Positions 1 to 13,290 of a stretch of 64,000 nt of DNA are shown piece after piece (position 1 is the first letter of the stretch; each line of letters starts with the position of its first letter). The notes beneath the pieces are model-generated. The model ran no database searches. It worked only from the letters and a program-made list of their open reading frames with translations, and was not told the origin of the DNA. The DNA lies in assembly GCA_001244265.2 (NCBI GenBank), contig CDLV01000012.1, positions 434,001-498,000 on the forward strand. Direction: 5' to 3'. Origin of the DNA: Microbotryum violaceum (lineage: Eukaryota). The translations under genes and the position numbers were made by a program.

Positions 1-702
1 AGCCGTGCGTTTGGCCCAGTCGTCTTGGCTCGACGGGTTGGTGTGTTGCACCGCGGTGAAATCGCCGACGTCGTGAGAGTCCGATGCGATCGCCTGATCG
101 GCGCCGCCGCCGCCATTCGCAGCAGCATGATCCGAGCCTGTCTCCGCCGAGGAGGCCGACGGCGAGTTTGACGCACGGACTCGCTGGTTGCCGTTGGGGC
201 TCAGTCTCGGAGGCGCGTTCAACTCGACCTTGCGTCGCATGTCGGGACTGCGTTGGGTCGTACTACCGTTGCCCGTACCTGTGCCATGCGCCGAACTGCT
301 CGCTGTCGCATGCATCATATGCGGGTGATGGGTGGGGTGGTCACGCTGCTGGTCACGCTGAGATTCACGGTCAAAGTTAAACGAATACGCGCCGCTTGCC
401 GTCGTCGGAGAGGGCGCCATGCTCGGCGCCGACGGAGAGGGCAAGACCTCGTCGTCGGCCTGAGCCTGCGCTCGATCTTGGGTTGTGTCCGGATGCGATG
501 GTGACAGCGACGATGGCGACGGGGGCCGGGGTGGGCAACCAGATGACAGCGAAATTGCTGCAGGTACGGGTGCGCGCGCCTCGCCCTCCACAGAGCCATG
601 GTGGTCATCGATCGTCCGAGGCAAGCGGTCCGAGCCCGGGCGAGCGAGCGAGTCGGTCCCAATTACCAAATGCCGATCACCCCTTGGGACGTAGCCGTAC
701 AT
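1..702 (-). CDS. Partial gene, low-complexity Ser/Pro/Ala-rich N-terminus, product unknown; runs off the left edge
   Basis: ATG at 702 opens a stop-free frame to position 1 (MYGYVPRGDRHLVIG...SSQDDWAKRTA); divergent from the ELP6-like gene. Confidence 0.6.
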   Translation of the reverse strand, partial: MYGYVPRGDRHLVIGTDSLARPGSDRLPRTIDDHHGSVEGEARAPVPAAISLSSGCPPRPPSPSSLSPSHPDTTQDRAQAQADDEVLPSPSAPSMAPSPTTASGAYSFNFDRESQRDQQRDHPTHHPHMMHATASSSAHGTGTGNGSTTQRSPDMRRKVELNAPPRLSPNGNQRVRASNSPSASSAETGSDHAAANGGGGADQAIASDSHDVGDFTAVQHTNPSSQDDWAKRTA

Positions 703-1131
703 GCTCCAGGACTCTGTAGAACGCTGACGGACGAGAAAAGCGAGAGGCTCGGTAGAATACTCGAGAGGGAATCGTACAGATGAGCTAACTTAGGAGGGAG
801 AGGGAAAGCCGGGAAGGGTATGAGCTCCAAAGGAACTTGGGGAGACGGATCGACGATGGGACATCGGACACCGTTGCGGAGCCGTGCGGACGGGCCCGGC
901 GCAGCTGAGCTGCAGCCAGCCTGGCGCGTGCGCAACCCCACCAGCAGTACTCACTCGGTTCGGCTGCGAAGTGGCGCGCGCAGCAGAGCTAGCAGAGGCC
1001 AGCACTGCGCGCACTGCCAGCAATTCGGGCCGTTGCGCAGCGTCACTTTGAACCGCATACACCCACCCTCTCGTTCGCTCCGTCTCGCTACGAACGACGA
1101 TCGGATTCAATCGACCGACACCTCGACGACC

Positions 1132-2096
1132 ATGAGCCAACGCGACGACATTCTCACCTTCCTCGACCCCTCGGGAGCTCGCACGTCTTCTTTACCCTTT
1201 GATTTCTGCATCCTCATCACCGACACGTTGCAATCGCCCGGACTGTTTCTCGAAACCCACTTTATCCATCGCGCGCTGCGAGAGCAGAGACCGGTTCTCT
1301 TGCTGGGATTGAGCCAGGGGTTGAGCCATTACAGCTCCATCTTGAGGAAGAATGTGAGCAGGATGCGACGCATAGGATGTTCAGAACATGCTACTCACCT
1401 AGACCATCGTCTCGCAATCGAATAGGGGGTCCAACTTCAAAATGAACAACGGCTCAATCGATTCGCCTTTGTAGACGGAGCTCGACACGCCAATCACAAC
1501 GACTTGGTCAAGCTACTCGATGCGACAAGAGAAATGATACAAATACTAGGACCCCACCCACTGGTCCTCGTCGATGACTTGTCCTGTCCTCTCTGGCTCG
1601 GTAACTCGTCGAGCAACGTAGCGACGTGGTTCATGGCTCTTCGGGCGGTGGTAGCAGAGGTGAGCAAATGATCGCTCCATATAAGCTCGGATCAAAAACC
1701 GGTCTGATGAGATTGTCCGCGGGTCCTTTCTCAGGCCCAGGGATCCCTCGTCGTGCTCCTACACGGCGACGATACCTCCACCTCTTCACCGAACGAGGAC
1801 CTTCACCTCTTCCGAAGCGTACTTCAGCAATCCGATCTATGGCTTCAAACCACCTCTCTGGCTTCTCAAACGAGGGGAGAGGTACGTCGTATAGTGCCAG
1901 TCTTGAGCCGGGGAGACTCCCACTTCTCACGTCCGTCTCCTTCCTCCCTTCCGACGCTCAGCTCTCCATTCACCGAGGCCCAGCCCTAGTTGAAGACTAC
2001 GGCATCATCCAACGCAGCGGTCCAACAGCTTGGCATTACAAACTAGACGAATCCGGGGCGACCTTCTCCCTCAAAGGCCTCGGGACCTTGCTATGA
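1132..2096 (+). CDS. ELP6: Elongator complex subunit 6-like protein, multi-exon
   Basis: CILITDTLQSPGLFLETHF, VLLLGLSQGLSHYSSILRK, FAFVDG, LVLVDDLS and WHYKLDESGATF resemble Elp6; GT-AG introns join the exons in frame. Confidence 0.7.
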
Positions 2097-2235
2097 ATGG
2101 GGCGAACGGTTCTACACTCCCACAAATTGATTCCCAAACTCCGAAAACACGTCAATAATGCGATACGATCCAGTCGAGTTGCATTAGTATGCCCTATATT
2201 GCCTGTACAATGACCAAAGGAGGTACGTCAGTTTT

Positions 2236-4919
2236 CTACGATCCCAAAGAAGCAAGCCGAGCAAACATTTGAACGTACCAAGACTGTTCCTCCTGCGGCG
2301 GCGGCGGCGCTGACCACCCCGCATCCTCGCCGACCGCACCTCCCATAGGTCTCGAACTCGGACCATAGTAAGCGTTAGGTTGCATCGGCAACGGAAGCCC
2401 AGGATCCATCGCCATTTGTCGCGGTATCAGTTCAGCAGCAACGCCGGGATTGGTCGAGCCGACGCGATAGTCGAAGCAGTTGGCGGCGGCGGCGAGGAGG
2501 GGAATTTCCCATCCTGGGGGTTGGGCAGCGCTCATGGGGACGTAGTTGATGGGCACGAAGCGGGGTTCGAATGCTATATTCGGACTGAGCAAGTTTGAGG
2601 ACGAAGCGGGAAAGTTGGCTTGCACGTCGGCGCCGGAGACTGTGAGCGCGGGTTGCTGGTTCGGTAAGCTTTGCTGCGCGAGAAGGATTTCGACGTTCGA
2701 GTTGTATTCGCTTGGAGGAGTCGCAGTAGCTTCGATACCCCTGATCAATTGATTCAAGAGATGGAGCGCATAGATCGGAAGACTTGCCCAACCCCTATCG
2801 AACGCTTTCGTAGCTTCCAGCGCCTGTTTCAGAGCGTCCATTGTCTGGGTCTTCTGGTCATGTCGCATGTTGGGGTAGTTGCTCGCGAGCCAGATTCCAC
2901 ACGAAGCCACTCCGATCCACATGCTGTCGAAAGGATACCTGATCCTTGTTACTTCTGCGACGAGTTGCAACAAGACCGAGTGGGCCGAACGAACACATCG
3001 CGCGAAGTCGAGCACCGGTGCCGAGGAGGGATCTTGAGCTCGTTCTGGCTCGCCCATCTCCTTCGCCTTCACGAGCGAGATAAGCAGACGGACCTCATCC
3101 GTTTGAAACTTGGTGAGTGCAGCCAAGAACCTGCATAATGATGCGATCGGCGGTGATAGCGGGAGCATCGTCGAGTGCTCATCCTCGGGAGCCCAAAGCT
3201 GCATCCAGTTCTTCTGCGTTGTTTCGAGGCACGCCAAGACCGACGGATCGGGCGCCTTTTTTTCGGCGATGGCGGCCATAAGCGCGCAGTGAAGGTCCGA
3301 CATGGGGTAGAAGCCGACCAGGGGACAGTAAAGCGTGTCGGTTGCAAGTCCGCCTCGGTTGCGGTTCTCGAGGTACCACTGGATCGCATCCCAAAGCCAT
3401 TCTGGCTTGATGAGGCGAGGCAAAGAATGCTGCGCCGACACTCTGCCATCCGCGACTGCAGGCGGGAACATCAATACACATGACCAAATAATCCGAATAC
3501 CTTCATTAGATCTCCCAAATCGATGGGCGAAACTGACTCACCAACGAGGCACATCCAAGTCCTCTCGCGGTTAAGAATGAGCCTGACCTGGAGGTCGTCC
3601 TGAGGCAGAGGCCGTGGCGCTTTGGTGTACAGTCGTATCTCAATCGCCGATCTCGTCATGTAAGAGTTCCTTCGAACGAGAGTGCGAGGCGTCGGATGAG
3701 GCCATTGCAGCGAGATCGCCAACGCCTGTATCACTTCGAGTGTATTCGTCCCATACTCGAAGGCCTTCCCGAACAACCAGTTGAGGTGTCGAGCGCAGTT
3801 CATGTAGACGTCTTCCGAGAGCACGCACTTGGCCGCGACCGTCAGTACGGCAGAGTACAAGAAGGCCGAGCGAGATCGACAGAACCTGGATGTGTGCAGG
3901 ACCGGATCCAAGATCGAGATCATCGGGTTGAGATGGTCAAAGAAGTGTATCCAGAGCTCCTCGACTTGTTCCTCGCGGATGACGCCGACCTGCACGACGT
4001 CCAGTACCTCGGTCCCGCGATCCTTTGCGCACGGTGGGAGCATGCCAAAGCCAGCATCCTCACTGACCGCCGATATTTTGGCTTTTTTTTTGTGGCCGAA
4101 AGCATTCGCAAAGGACCATATATCCATCGTGTCCGAGCCCTCAGAGGGATCATCGTGCGCCAGCAGACGGTCAAGTGCGAGCCCCAAGGTACGCGGAATG
4201 CTTGGCTTGGGCACCGGTGGTTCGACAAAGTCATCAGGTACGTTTGTGGGCGAGACACCCGGGCGGGCGTAAGTATCACTGCCGGAGGCTGTACTGCGAG
4301 ACGAGCTTGGGGGCCGTTCAGGTGCGCTCACTTGCTCGAGGCGCGATGTCGAAGCAGAAGCGGATCCCCCGTTCGACGATGCTGCCGTGCGGTCGTGTGC
4401 ATGACTTGATAGACCGGCGTGGGGTATGTGTTGAGGTGGCGGGTTTGAGGTGGGGCCTGTTCGATGATCAGGAAAAACAGACCAGATGGCGCCCTCCTCG
4501 ATCAGCAGTCGGTTCAACGACGCCTGGGGACAGGTCGGGGTGCAGGCGCGCCTTCGAGTGCTGCGGGACACTTTCTCGTCAGCACTGACCTAGCTTCAGG
4601 TAGTAGTACGTCGAAGGGGATGGATATGATGTCGTCAACTTCGCTTCCACGTCCTGAGTCGCTTGGCTGGCTTGAATGCTCTCTGCTACTGTCGTCTCGC
4701 TCATGGAAGGAGCGCTCGCTGCGGAGTCTCCCCCACTGAAGGTTTGATCAAAGGAGTCCCGTTCGAGGTCACGCGCCGGCGTCAATGATTCCTTTCCCAG
4801 AGGACGCCCACAGAGAAGGGGGAGAAGAAGATTGCACCGTGATAAGAGTTGACTAACCTGTTGAAGCTGCCTTTGAATGTTCGGATGCGTTTGCGCCCTC
4901 GCTTTTGCTGCCTGTCATG
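2236..4919 (-). CDS. Fungal-specific transcription factor with middle homology region (Fungal_trans); no Zn2Cys6 cluster seen
   Basis: HFFDHLNPMISILDPVLHT..RSRSAFLYSAVLTVAAK and LNRERTW are typical MHR motifs; 5' exons and start codon are approximate. Confidence 0.7.
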
Positions 4920-5854
4920 CGTGGGTGTTTGGGGTGTTTTCTCGCGTTAGTGCCCACTGCCACATAGCCGAGGGAGCCCCTGAACAATTTGTTCCCGGCA
5001 GCGTCACCGGTCTGATCGCCGCGAATACCGGAGGCGAGATCGCCCAGGCGATCCAGCACCCGCAACACCGAGCGAAGAGTGGCACAGCCGAGGCGCTGGC
5101 CGCTCACCCGGGTTGGAGCCCCTGCCCGCTTGTATGCGCTGACTTGAGCTCGACAGACCCAGCTGGTGCCCGGGACACTGCCGCAGCCAGCGCCTAGATA
5201 CGCTAGGGGACACACTGCACTGCGACGTATATGTGCCACTACTCACTTGAAGGTACAGTCATCCTTCTTGAGTCGCTCGCATCGAATGCACGCGGCACCG
5301 GTCCCAGGATGGGTGCACTTGCGTTTGACCGCTCGACACGCGACGCCTTGTGCGCCGTTAGGTGAGCAGCGGGCACGATCATTTGGAACGCGGATGTTGT
5401 TAGTCAGTCAGACTTGGTCCAAGGCCTTAAGTGTAGGCGCCACAACAGTGTACGCCAAGAATGAGCACTCACATGCTTCGTTGAGAGGCACCTGACTACG
5501 GTCCAGCTCGACGTCGGGCATGGCCTTGGGTAGTAGGCTGCAGTGAGCGGTCGACAGCAGCTGGAAGTGGGGATCCGGTGTCAATTGCTGGGTGTTGCTG
5601 GAAGGACAGCGAAAGACGAGACGGACGGCTTGTCTGACTCGGTGACCACCGTGTTTCAAACTTGTTACCGAAAGGTAGCGTAGTACTAGCTCACGCCAGT
5701 TTCAAAGCCACGCGCGCGCAAGGGGAGGTCCGTGCGCATTCATTTAGACTGATAATTGCCGCTAGGGGGAGGCTAGTGATTCACAAACGGTAAAGCTGGA
5801 GCTGCCTTCGCTCGCTCGACCTCACCCGAATCGTCACGCCGATAATCCATCAAC

Positions 5855-8733
5855 AGTACGTTATCGCTCATCGTTTCTCCCTGCTCTCGTCTATGATTGC
5901 TGAATTTGTGCGCGTTCTCTCCTGACATGGCGCACTCCTCTCTGTCTGTTCGCTTTCTTGGTCTGAATCGCCCATCGCCCGTGTCTGCGACTCGCTGCTC
6001 GCCAACTCGCCATCGTACGATGCAGTGCCGACCATCACTTGCGATCGGGCGACGTTGTTCCGCAAGCTCGGTAGGAACTACAGTACGTTACCTGCCATCT
6101 CTCTGACTGCGGCTCACGACTCGGCTCGCTGGCTGGCTCTACCCTACCTGCTAGCCAAATTGACCCTCTTGACTCGTTGCCCCTTGCTGGCCAGCCTACC
6201 ACGAGTTTGACGAACTCCTCTTCGAATACGGACTTGAATTGGATGAAGATGTAGGTCATCGAATCCGCTGCGTACGGGCGCTCCTCTGATGTAGCTATAC
6301 CGACTCATTCCTCCTGCTCGCCATTCATTAATGCCCTTCGCATTCTCTCCCACTTGTCTCACGGACGGCGCGGCTCCCATTCGATAACCTTGGTTCTCGC
6401 AACATCACCAGACGACGAACGATCCAAATCACCCCGCAAACGAGCCCCACCAGCTCAAGATCGAGGTCCCGGCGAATCGTTACGATCTCTTGTGCGCAGA
6501 AGGGATCGCCCGAGCGTTGGCCCTCTACCTGGATCCGACCCGTGGCGCACCCAACTTTGTGCTCAAGCCAGCGAAGGAGGTACACACACGACTGTTGGAA
6601 GGGGGTCAAGTCAAGGGACTAAACTGACTGCTGCCGATATTTGAGTCGTACACAGGGCGAGGAGAGGACAGTGCACGTCAAACCTGAGGTCAGTCTTCTC
6701 TCCAATGCGGCAATGCTAGGTCCTCCCTCCTCCCCCACTCGGCAAAGTCTGAACCGCTGACGTGACCTGCCTTCATCGTGACCAGACTGCTCAAATCCGA
6801 CCCTACTTTGCTTCGGCTATCCTGAGGAATGTATCGTTCGATGCGGTCTCGTACGCGTCCTTCATCGATCTACAGGACAAGCTCCACCAAAACTTGGCGA
6901 GGAAGAGGACCCTCGTCGCTGTCGGAACGCATGATCTGGACAAGATCGATGCTGGAGATATCACTTACGAGGTAGAATCAGCTGAGGGTGTGAAAACACT
7001 TAAGCGGGGGGAGGGGACTGATGAGATGCCACTTTTATACCAGGCTCTGCCACCAACCGAGATCAAGTTTGCGCCCTTGAACAAGGAGACCGAGTACACC
7101 GCTGTCGAGCTGATGCAGCTGTACAAGGTTGGTCCTTGCAATCGCAGCATCCCCTCTCTCTCAGCCTTTACTGAACATTCTATGGACACAACCCAGGACG
7201 ACAAGCACCTCTCTCGCTACCTGCACATCATCGAGGACTCACCTGTCTACCCCATCATCTACTCGAGCACGCGTCAGGTCCTCTCCATGCCGCCGATCAT
7301 CAACTCGAACGGCACCAAAATCTCCGTCGATACCAAAAACATCTTCATCGATGTCACCGCGACGGACGAGACAAAGTTGCAGGTCGTTATCGACATTCTT
7401 GTGACCATGTTCTCCGAGTACTGCTCGACCCCCTTCGAGATCGAACCCGTCAAGATCGTCTACTCCTCAGCCGCACCGGGTGGTGCTCGAACGGTCATGT
7501 CCCCCGTCGTTGCGCCTCGTCCTTTCGTCGCTCGTACGAGCTACGTCAACTCGTGTACGGGTCTCAAGCTCACTCGACCCGAAGTCGTCACCTTGTTGCG
7601 CAAGATGGGTCACGTAGCCTACGAGCCTACGCCCGAACAAATCGCCTCGTACGAACCCGTCAACGCTCGTGAAGGTCTGAAAATGGATCCAAACGACGTA
7701 GTTCACCTCCTCGTTCCTTCGACTCGCCCCGACATCTTGCACGAGTGCGACGTCATGGAGGAAGCTGCGGTCGCGTACGGCTTCAACAACTTGAAGAAGA
7801 CGTTCCCCGTCACCAACACCGTCGCCGTTCCTTTCCCGATCAACAAGCTCGCCGATTCATTGCGACGACTCTGCGCCGAAGCGGGATGGACAGAGGTTTT
7901 GCCATTGATCTTGTGCTCGCACGACGAGAACTACAAGTTCTTAAATCGCGTCGATAACGGTGACAAAGCTGTCGTCTTGGCCAACCCGAAAACGATCGAA
8001 TACCAAATTGTTCGAACGTCCCTGTTGCCCGGGATCCTCAAGACGATTCGAGAGAACAGGAAGCATGCCATACCTTTGAAGGTCTTTGAAGTGTCGGATA
8101 TCGTCGTCAAGGATTCCAAGGAGGAACGACAGGCGAAGAATGTGCGACGACTGGCGGCGGTGTTCTGTGGACGACGAGCGGGCTTTGAGATCGTGCATGG
8201 TTTGTTGGATAGATTGATGTTGGGCCTCGGGATCAAGAATCTCGGGAGTGAAAGCTCGACCGGTGATGAAGGCTACTACATCAAGTCCTTCAATGGTGAG
8301 GGCCATGAACGTGTGGGCCTTGGGATTAGTGCTGATATCCGCGTCCTTGGCATCGACTCACACAGACGCGACTTACTTCCCCGATCGATCGGCCAAGATC
8401 TATTACCGACCCTCAGCCACGGGAGCCAAGAACCTATCCTTTGCCCCGGTTGCATCAGCCGACGTTGCGAACGCTTCGGGATCCCTTCGAGGACCGAAAG
8501 AAGACGTCGCCACGCCGGCTGATTCCAGCAGTGGTCCGTTGGACAAGATCAAGGACGCCCTTTCCTCGGCTTTACCCCATATTGGGGGAACAGAGCATGA
8601 TGGTGGGTCGAGCTCGACTTTGAGGGATATCGAGATTGGTGAGATTGGTATCCTGCATCCTAGTGTGCTCAAGGCGTACGATTTGGACTACCCTTGCTCG
8701 GCGCTCGAATTCAGTGTAGAGGATTTCCTTTAG
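5855..8733 (+). CDS. FRS1: Phenylalanyl-tRNA synthetase beta subunit
   Basis: [73 protein letters not shown] and [11 protein letters not shown]; start codon apparently split A|TG by intron 5856-6025. Confidence 0.95.
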
Positions 8734-8897
8734 GGTGGTTTTGTTCTCTTGTGGGTTTGGGTTGGAGTGAAACCTATCTTGATACCTGATCTGGCTCTCA
8801 TCACCTAGGCGCATCTCGGAGAGACTGTCCTGCTAGGCTGACTAATGCTAAAGCTTCATTCTACCGTGCACCTCGTTCTAAGACCGACCGTGCTCCT

Positions 8898-10217
8898 CTA
8901 TTTGGTCACCTCGAAAGCCTTCTTCAACTTATCCAACACTGTCTCACACTCGTCCCTCGTCCCGATCGTGACCCTCAAACACCCCTCACACCCAATCTCG
9001 TTCCCTCTAAACCTAACCACCACCGCCTCTTGCTCGGCCATGAACGTATAAACCCTCTTGGCTCGATCATTATCAACCTTCGTCTGATCTTGAGAAGAGG
9101 CGATTTGGACCATAAGGAAATTCGCATTACCCGAACCCAAAAGGCCGACGACTTGCGGAAGTTTAACGAGTTCCTTTGCGAGGAATTGCCGATTCGCACC
9201 AAGGGTAGCAATCTTGTTCCGAAACGTTCCGAGGGCTTGTTCGGATAAAGCCCGAAGAGCCAAGGCCGCGGTCGGTGTCGAGACGTTATAAGGCGCCTTG
9301 ATGTTGTTCAACACCTGAATGACCTCTTTAGAGCCGTACGCGACGCCCAAACGAATTGCGGCCAACCCGAATCCTTTCGAGAGGGTCTGCATTACGACTA
9401 GGTTATCGTAGGCTCCTTTTTGGGACGTGGCAAGTGAGACCGCCGAGTCGGTCGAAGGGGACGGACAGAAGTCGATGTAGGCTTCGTCGACGACGACGAG
9501 GCCGGTGAAATTCGGGTTGTCGAGGATCGAACGGATCGCGGGGAGGGGGATGAGGGTTCCGGTTGGGTTGCCGGGCGAACAGATGAAGACGAGCTTGATC
9601 GGGTTCGGAGTAGACGCGGCGGAAGTGATGGTCGAGTTGATCTGTGGGTTTAAAAAGTTTTTGGTTCGAGTCAGAAACTGCGCACATACGGACAAAAGAG
9701 GAAGGGGGATGGAGTGCGAACAACGTACGGTTTCGACGTCCAATTGGAATCTGCCTCGTTCACACTCCAAAGGCACCTTGATAACGTCGACATCATTGAT
9801 TTGAGCGCAGACCGCATACATCCCGTACGTAGGCGGACAAATCAAGATCCGATCCTTTTGCGGAGCGCACGTGATTCGGACCAACAAGTCGATGACCTCG
9901 TCCGATCCCACGCCGAGGAAGGTGTGGTCCGTTGAAGGGACGTTGCGGAGGTGGCAGAGACGTTGTTTGACGGGGATGTGCGTAGGGGAGGGGTAGCGGT
10001 GGAGGTCGAGCGAGTCGAATTCCTCGGTTGGATCTTCGTGCTTGGGCTGATTCGGGGAGGAAGCGGCGGAAGGTAGGGAATGACCGAGCGAGTTCTCGTT
10101 GGCATCGAGAAGAATACCTTCGCTGTAGTCGTCGCGGGCGCACCGGTAAGGCGTCAACGAGAGGATGTTGGGTCGGATCGCGGCCGAGAGCGTAAAGTGG
10201 GGTGGGTTCGCGACCAT
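8898..10217 (-). CDS. HIS5: Histidinol-phosphate aminotransferase
   Basis: PYRCARDDYSEGILLDANEN, CPPTYGMY, CSPGNPTG, VVDEAYIDF and TLSKGFGLAAIRLG (PLP lysine); one in-frame intron. Confidence 0.95.
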   Translation of the reverse strand: MVANPPHFTLSAAIRPNILSLTPYRCARDDYSEGILLDANENSLGHSLPSAASSPNQPKHEDPTEEFDSLDLHRYPSPTHIPVKQRLCHLRNVPSTDHTFLGVGSDEVIDLLVRITCAPQKDRILICPPTYGMYAVCAQINDVDVIKVPLECERGRFQLDVETVRCSHSIPLPLLSVCAQFLTRTKNFLNPQINSTITSAASTPNPIKLVFICSPGNPTGTLIPLPAIRSILDNPNFTGLVVVDEAYIDFCPSPSTDSAVSLATSQKGAYDNLVVMQTLSKGFGLAAIRLGVAYGSKEVIQVLNNIKAPYNVSTPTAALALRALSEQALGTFRNKIATLGANRQFLAKELVKLPQVVGLLGSGNANFLMVQIASSQDQTKVDNDRAKRVYTFMAEQEAVVVRFRGNEIGCEGCLRVTIGTRDECETVLDKLKKAFEVTK

Positions 10218-10586
10218 TCTCGTCGGTGCGGCCACAGCGTGTTCCAGGGAGGTATCCTGAGTTGTGCGGGGGAAGAGGCGGGGATAGAAGGAGAGGGCCG
10301 AGTTCCGGAACGAAGTGGGAGGAAGAGAGTGCGGGGAGGAAAGGGAAGAAGCGAGTGGATCAAGTGCTCGACCCCGATTGTAGCCGATTGTAGCCGATTG
10401 TCGCGACTTGGCTTTTGACTCGAGCTGACTCGGCGCGCGCGGCACAAGCGGCACAAGCGGCACAAGCGGCGATCGCACCCGCCTCTCTGGCTTGTGGCGC
10501 TCATTCGTATTCGTATTCGTATTTCCGAGCCGGACGGGTACAACACCCCCGGTGAGACGAACAATCTCGGCAGCAGACGCAGCACC

Positions 10587-12242
10587 ATGTCGATCCAACC
10601 CATCGCCACCTTACCAGGTCACACAGACCGAGGTATGCTCCTCCGCTCGATCGCTTCGCAATCGACTTGCACTCGCTGACGCTCCCCCCCCCCCTCACCT
10701 CCTCCGCACGTACCGACGACCACCACAGCGTGGCAAGTGTCATGGTCTCCGTCGACCCCTCTCCTCGCCTCCTGTTCCTCGGATAAATCAATCCGGTTCT
10801 ACACGTACACCCCACCTCCATCGACCGCATCCTCCTTGTACTCGTCCCCCTCCTCCTCCTCTTCCCTTCCACGCTTCACCTTCTCCAGCTCCATACCCTC
10901 CGCCCACCCACGCACAATCCGTTCCCTCTCCTTCTCCCCAACAGGTCAAACGCTCACCACCGCCTCCTTCGACTCGACCGTCGGCGTGTGGTCCCCATCC
11001 ACAGACAGGGATGACAACGAACAAGCCTCGACCGAATGGGAGACCGCGGGCGATTCGTTGGAAGGGCACGAGAGCGAATGCAAGAGCGCGCAATGGTCTA
11101 GCGATGGAAGGCTTTTAGCTAGTTGTAGTAGGGATAAATCGGTTTGGGTGTGGGAAGGTGAGCACGCGGGATTGGATTTTGGGCGAGTGTGGATCCGAAC
11201 TGTGGAGCGGAGCTGACTCTTTCTTCGGGATCTGATGGCGTGCTTCAGCCGTTAGTCCGACCGAGTTTGAATGTTTGGCCGTATTGATGGAGCATGAACA
11301 AGACGTCAAGTCCCTGGCATGGCATCCCCAAGACGAGGTGCGTTCCCTGCCGAGGGAAATCACCGGTCGAAAGTCCCCACGCTTACAGTTCTCTGCCTCC
11401 CATCGCCTACAGTTACTAGCCTCGGCCTCATACGACGACACGATCAAGCTCTACGCCGCCGACCCTTACGACGACGAATGGTCGTGCGTTTACACCCTCG
11501 TAGGCCACACCTCCACCGTATGGGCCATCACCTTCTCCCCCTGCGGCACCTACCTCGCTTCAGCAGGGGACGATCGAACCCTCAAAATATGGCAACGAAC
11601 ATCCAAATCATCTGCTGTCGAGGTAGGACAGCTCGGGGAAGCCAAGCGGGAAGAAGGGGGGAGGATGGGGCCTTGGTCAGCGGGTGGGGTCAGGATAGGG
11701 ATCAAAGAACGGTGGGAATGGAAGTTGGTTGCGAGTTGGGAGGATGGGTTGCATTCGAGGACGATCTACAGTTTGGATTGGAATCGGAGTGGGGTCGAGG
11801 AGACGCAGGGCGGACTGGGCAGGATCGTAACGGGTGGTGGGGATGGGGTCATCAATGTTTTGCAGATGGTCTGTTCGAGTCGGTGCTGGTCCTTTGCAGC
11901 TAGGGGAAAGACGACTTATCATTTTGAGCTTTACAGATGAAGCCCTCAACACCCGAAGGACCGCCTTCGTACAAACTCATCAGCTCAGTCGAATCAAGTC
12001 ACGGCGTCTCGGACGTCAACCACGTCGCGTGGTGCAAGCTATCCCCAGCAAAAGCAGCAGCAACACTCAAGAAATTGGAAGGTGGTCAGGATGAAGAAGA
12101 CAATGAGGAAGATCAGGAGATGGAAGGTGAAAATCCGTCGACGGAAGAAGACTCGAGGTGGAAAGGGGTCGAGGACATGTTCGCTAGCGCTGGCGACGAT
12201 GGGCTCGTCAAAGTTTGGTCGGTGCGACCCACTACCGCGTAG
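10587..12242 (+). CDS. CIA1: WD40 cytosolic iron-sulfur assembly protein Cia1
   Basis: LEGHESECKS, LASCSRDKSVWVWE, ECLAVLMEHEQDVKSLAWHP and LASASYDDTIK. Confidence 0.92.
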
Positions 12243-12455
12243 TTTCAGGTAGTAGACCGATGTGTAGAAATTAAATGACGGTGATTACCTAGTTACCATC
12301 ATAACCCCAGCGGCTGACGTAAATCAGGACCGTGCGATCCATACTGTGTACCACTAGACGTCGTCGGTTAAGACTTCAAGTTGCCCCTAAAGATCTAGAC
12401 CGAGGTTGTTTTTCCAACGCCCGAATTTCCACGCACGTTGTCATGAAGAGGGTTA

Positions 12456-12914
12456 TGTAAGGGTCAAACCCAAGTCAAACTAAAGGCGAATCGCGGAAGC
12501 AGGTACTAGGTAGGTCAGAGGGACGCTGCTTGCTCGAGCAGACGATATCCCTTAAAGCCGGCAGTGTGGGCGAGGTTTGGCGAGGTCGCGCGAAGGGGGG
12601 TGGGGCAGCAGCTTCGAGATGATTGGCTCGATCAAAAGAAGCTGGGGAGGAATCTTGACTTGGGTTTGTCGATACCCACTTTCGCAAGTTCCAATTCTTC
12701 CTTCTGTTAGTAGCCAGAATACAAAAAGTGCTGAATGAGTTGATGTAGGAGGTACCTGCCTAGATATTTCCTGAGGGGTTTGTTGAGCAGTAGTATAGGC
12801 ACCGTATAGCATACCGCCGATAGCACGCCGGAGGGGCAGAGTAGTAAGTAGCTCACACCTAATCCTCACACCTAGCCTATACGAGTTGAACTGTTTAAAT
12901 TGAAAAACCTGACA
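12456..12914. mobile_element. Possible solo LTR
   Basis: 459-bp non-coding block bounded by TGTAAGG...CCTGACA (6/7 inverted termini) with an internal AATACA; no target-site duplication found. Confidence 0.3.
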
Positions 12915-13290
12915 GAATCAGAAATCTTGGGGCTACAGCAATGTTGTAACAATTGCTGGCACCCTGTCAGATACGTCAGTGGTGCCTTGCGCGCGGCGGC
13001 GCAACGGTGGCGTGTCTGGGCACGCAGCGTCGGACGCTCGCAAACCGTCTCTCGAGGCGGTGCTGTCACCGCCGCGCGTCACCGACGTTCGCTTTAGTCT
13101 TCGGATCAAAGAGAGCGTGAACAAGCTTTTGTCGGAGCTTTCGGAGGACCTCGGTCGCTTTGCCCAGCTCGTCCCCCGCTTTTAGGCTGCCCCTCCTTTT
13201 AGCTCTACCACCTGACCTACTTCGCCCCAAGGACCTTTGTTTCGTTTTCTCGCCTCGACAAACTCGAAACCGAACGCACGCGGCTGCACG

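Noticed and set aside
1132-12242. ELP6, FRS1 and CIA1 as a tRNA/Fe-S functional cluster
   Set aside because: Unrelated genes are interspersed and there is no sign of co-regulation; ordinary housekeeping neighbourhood
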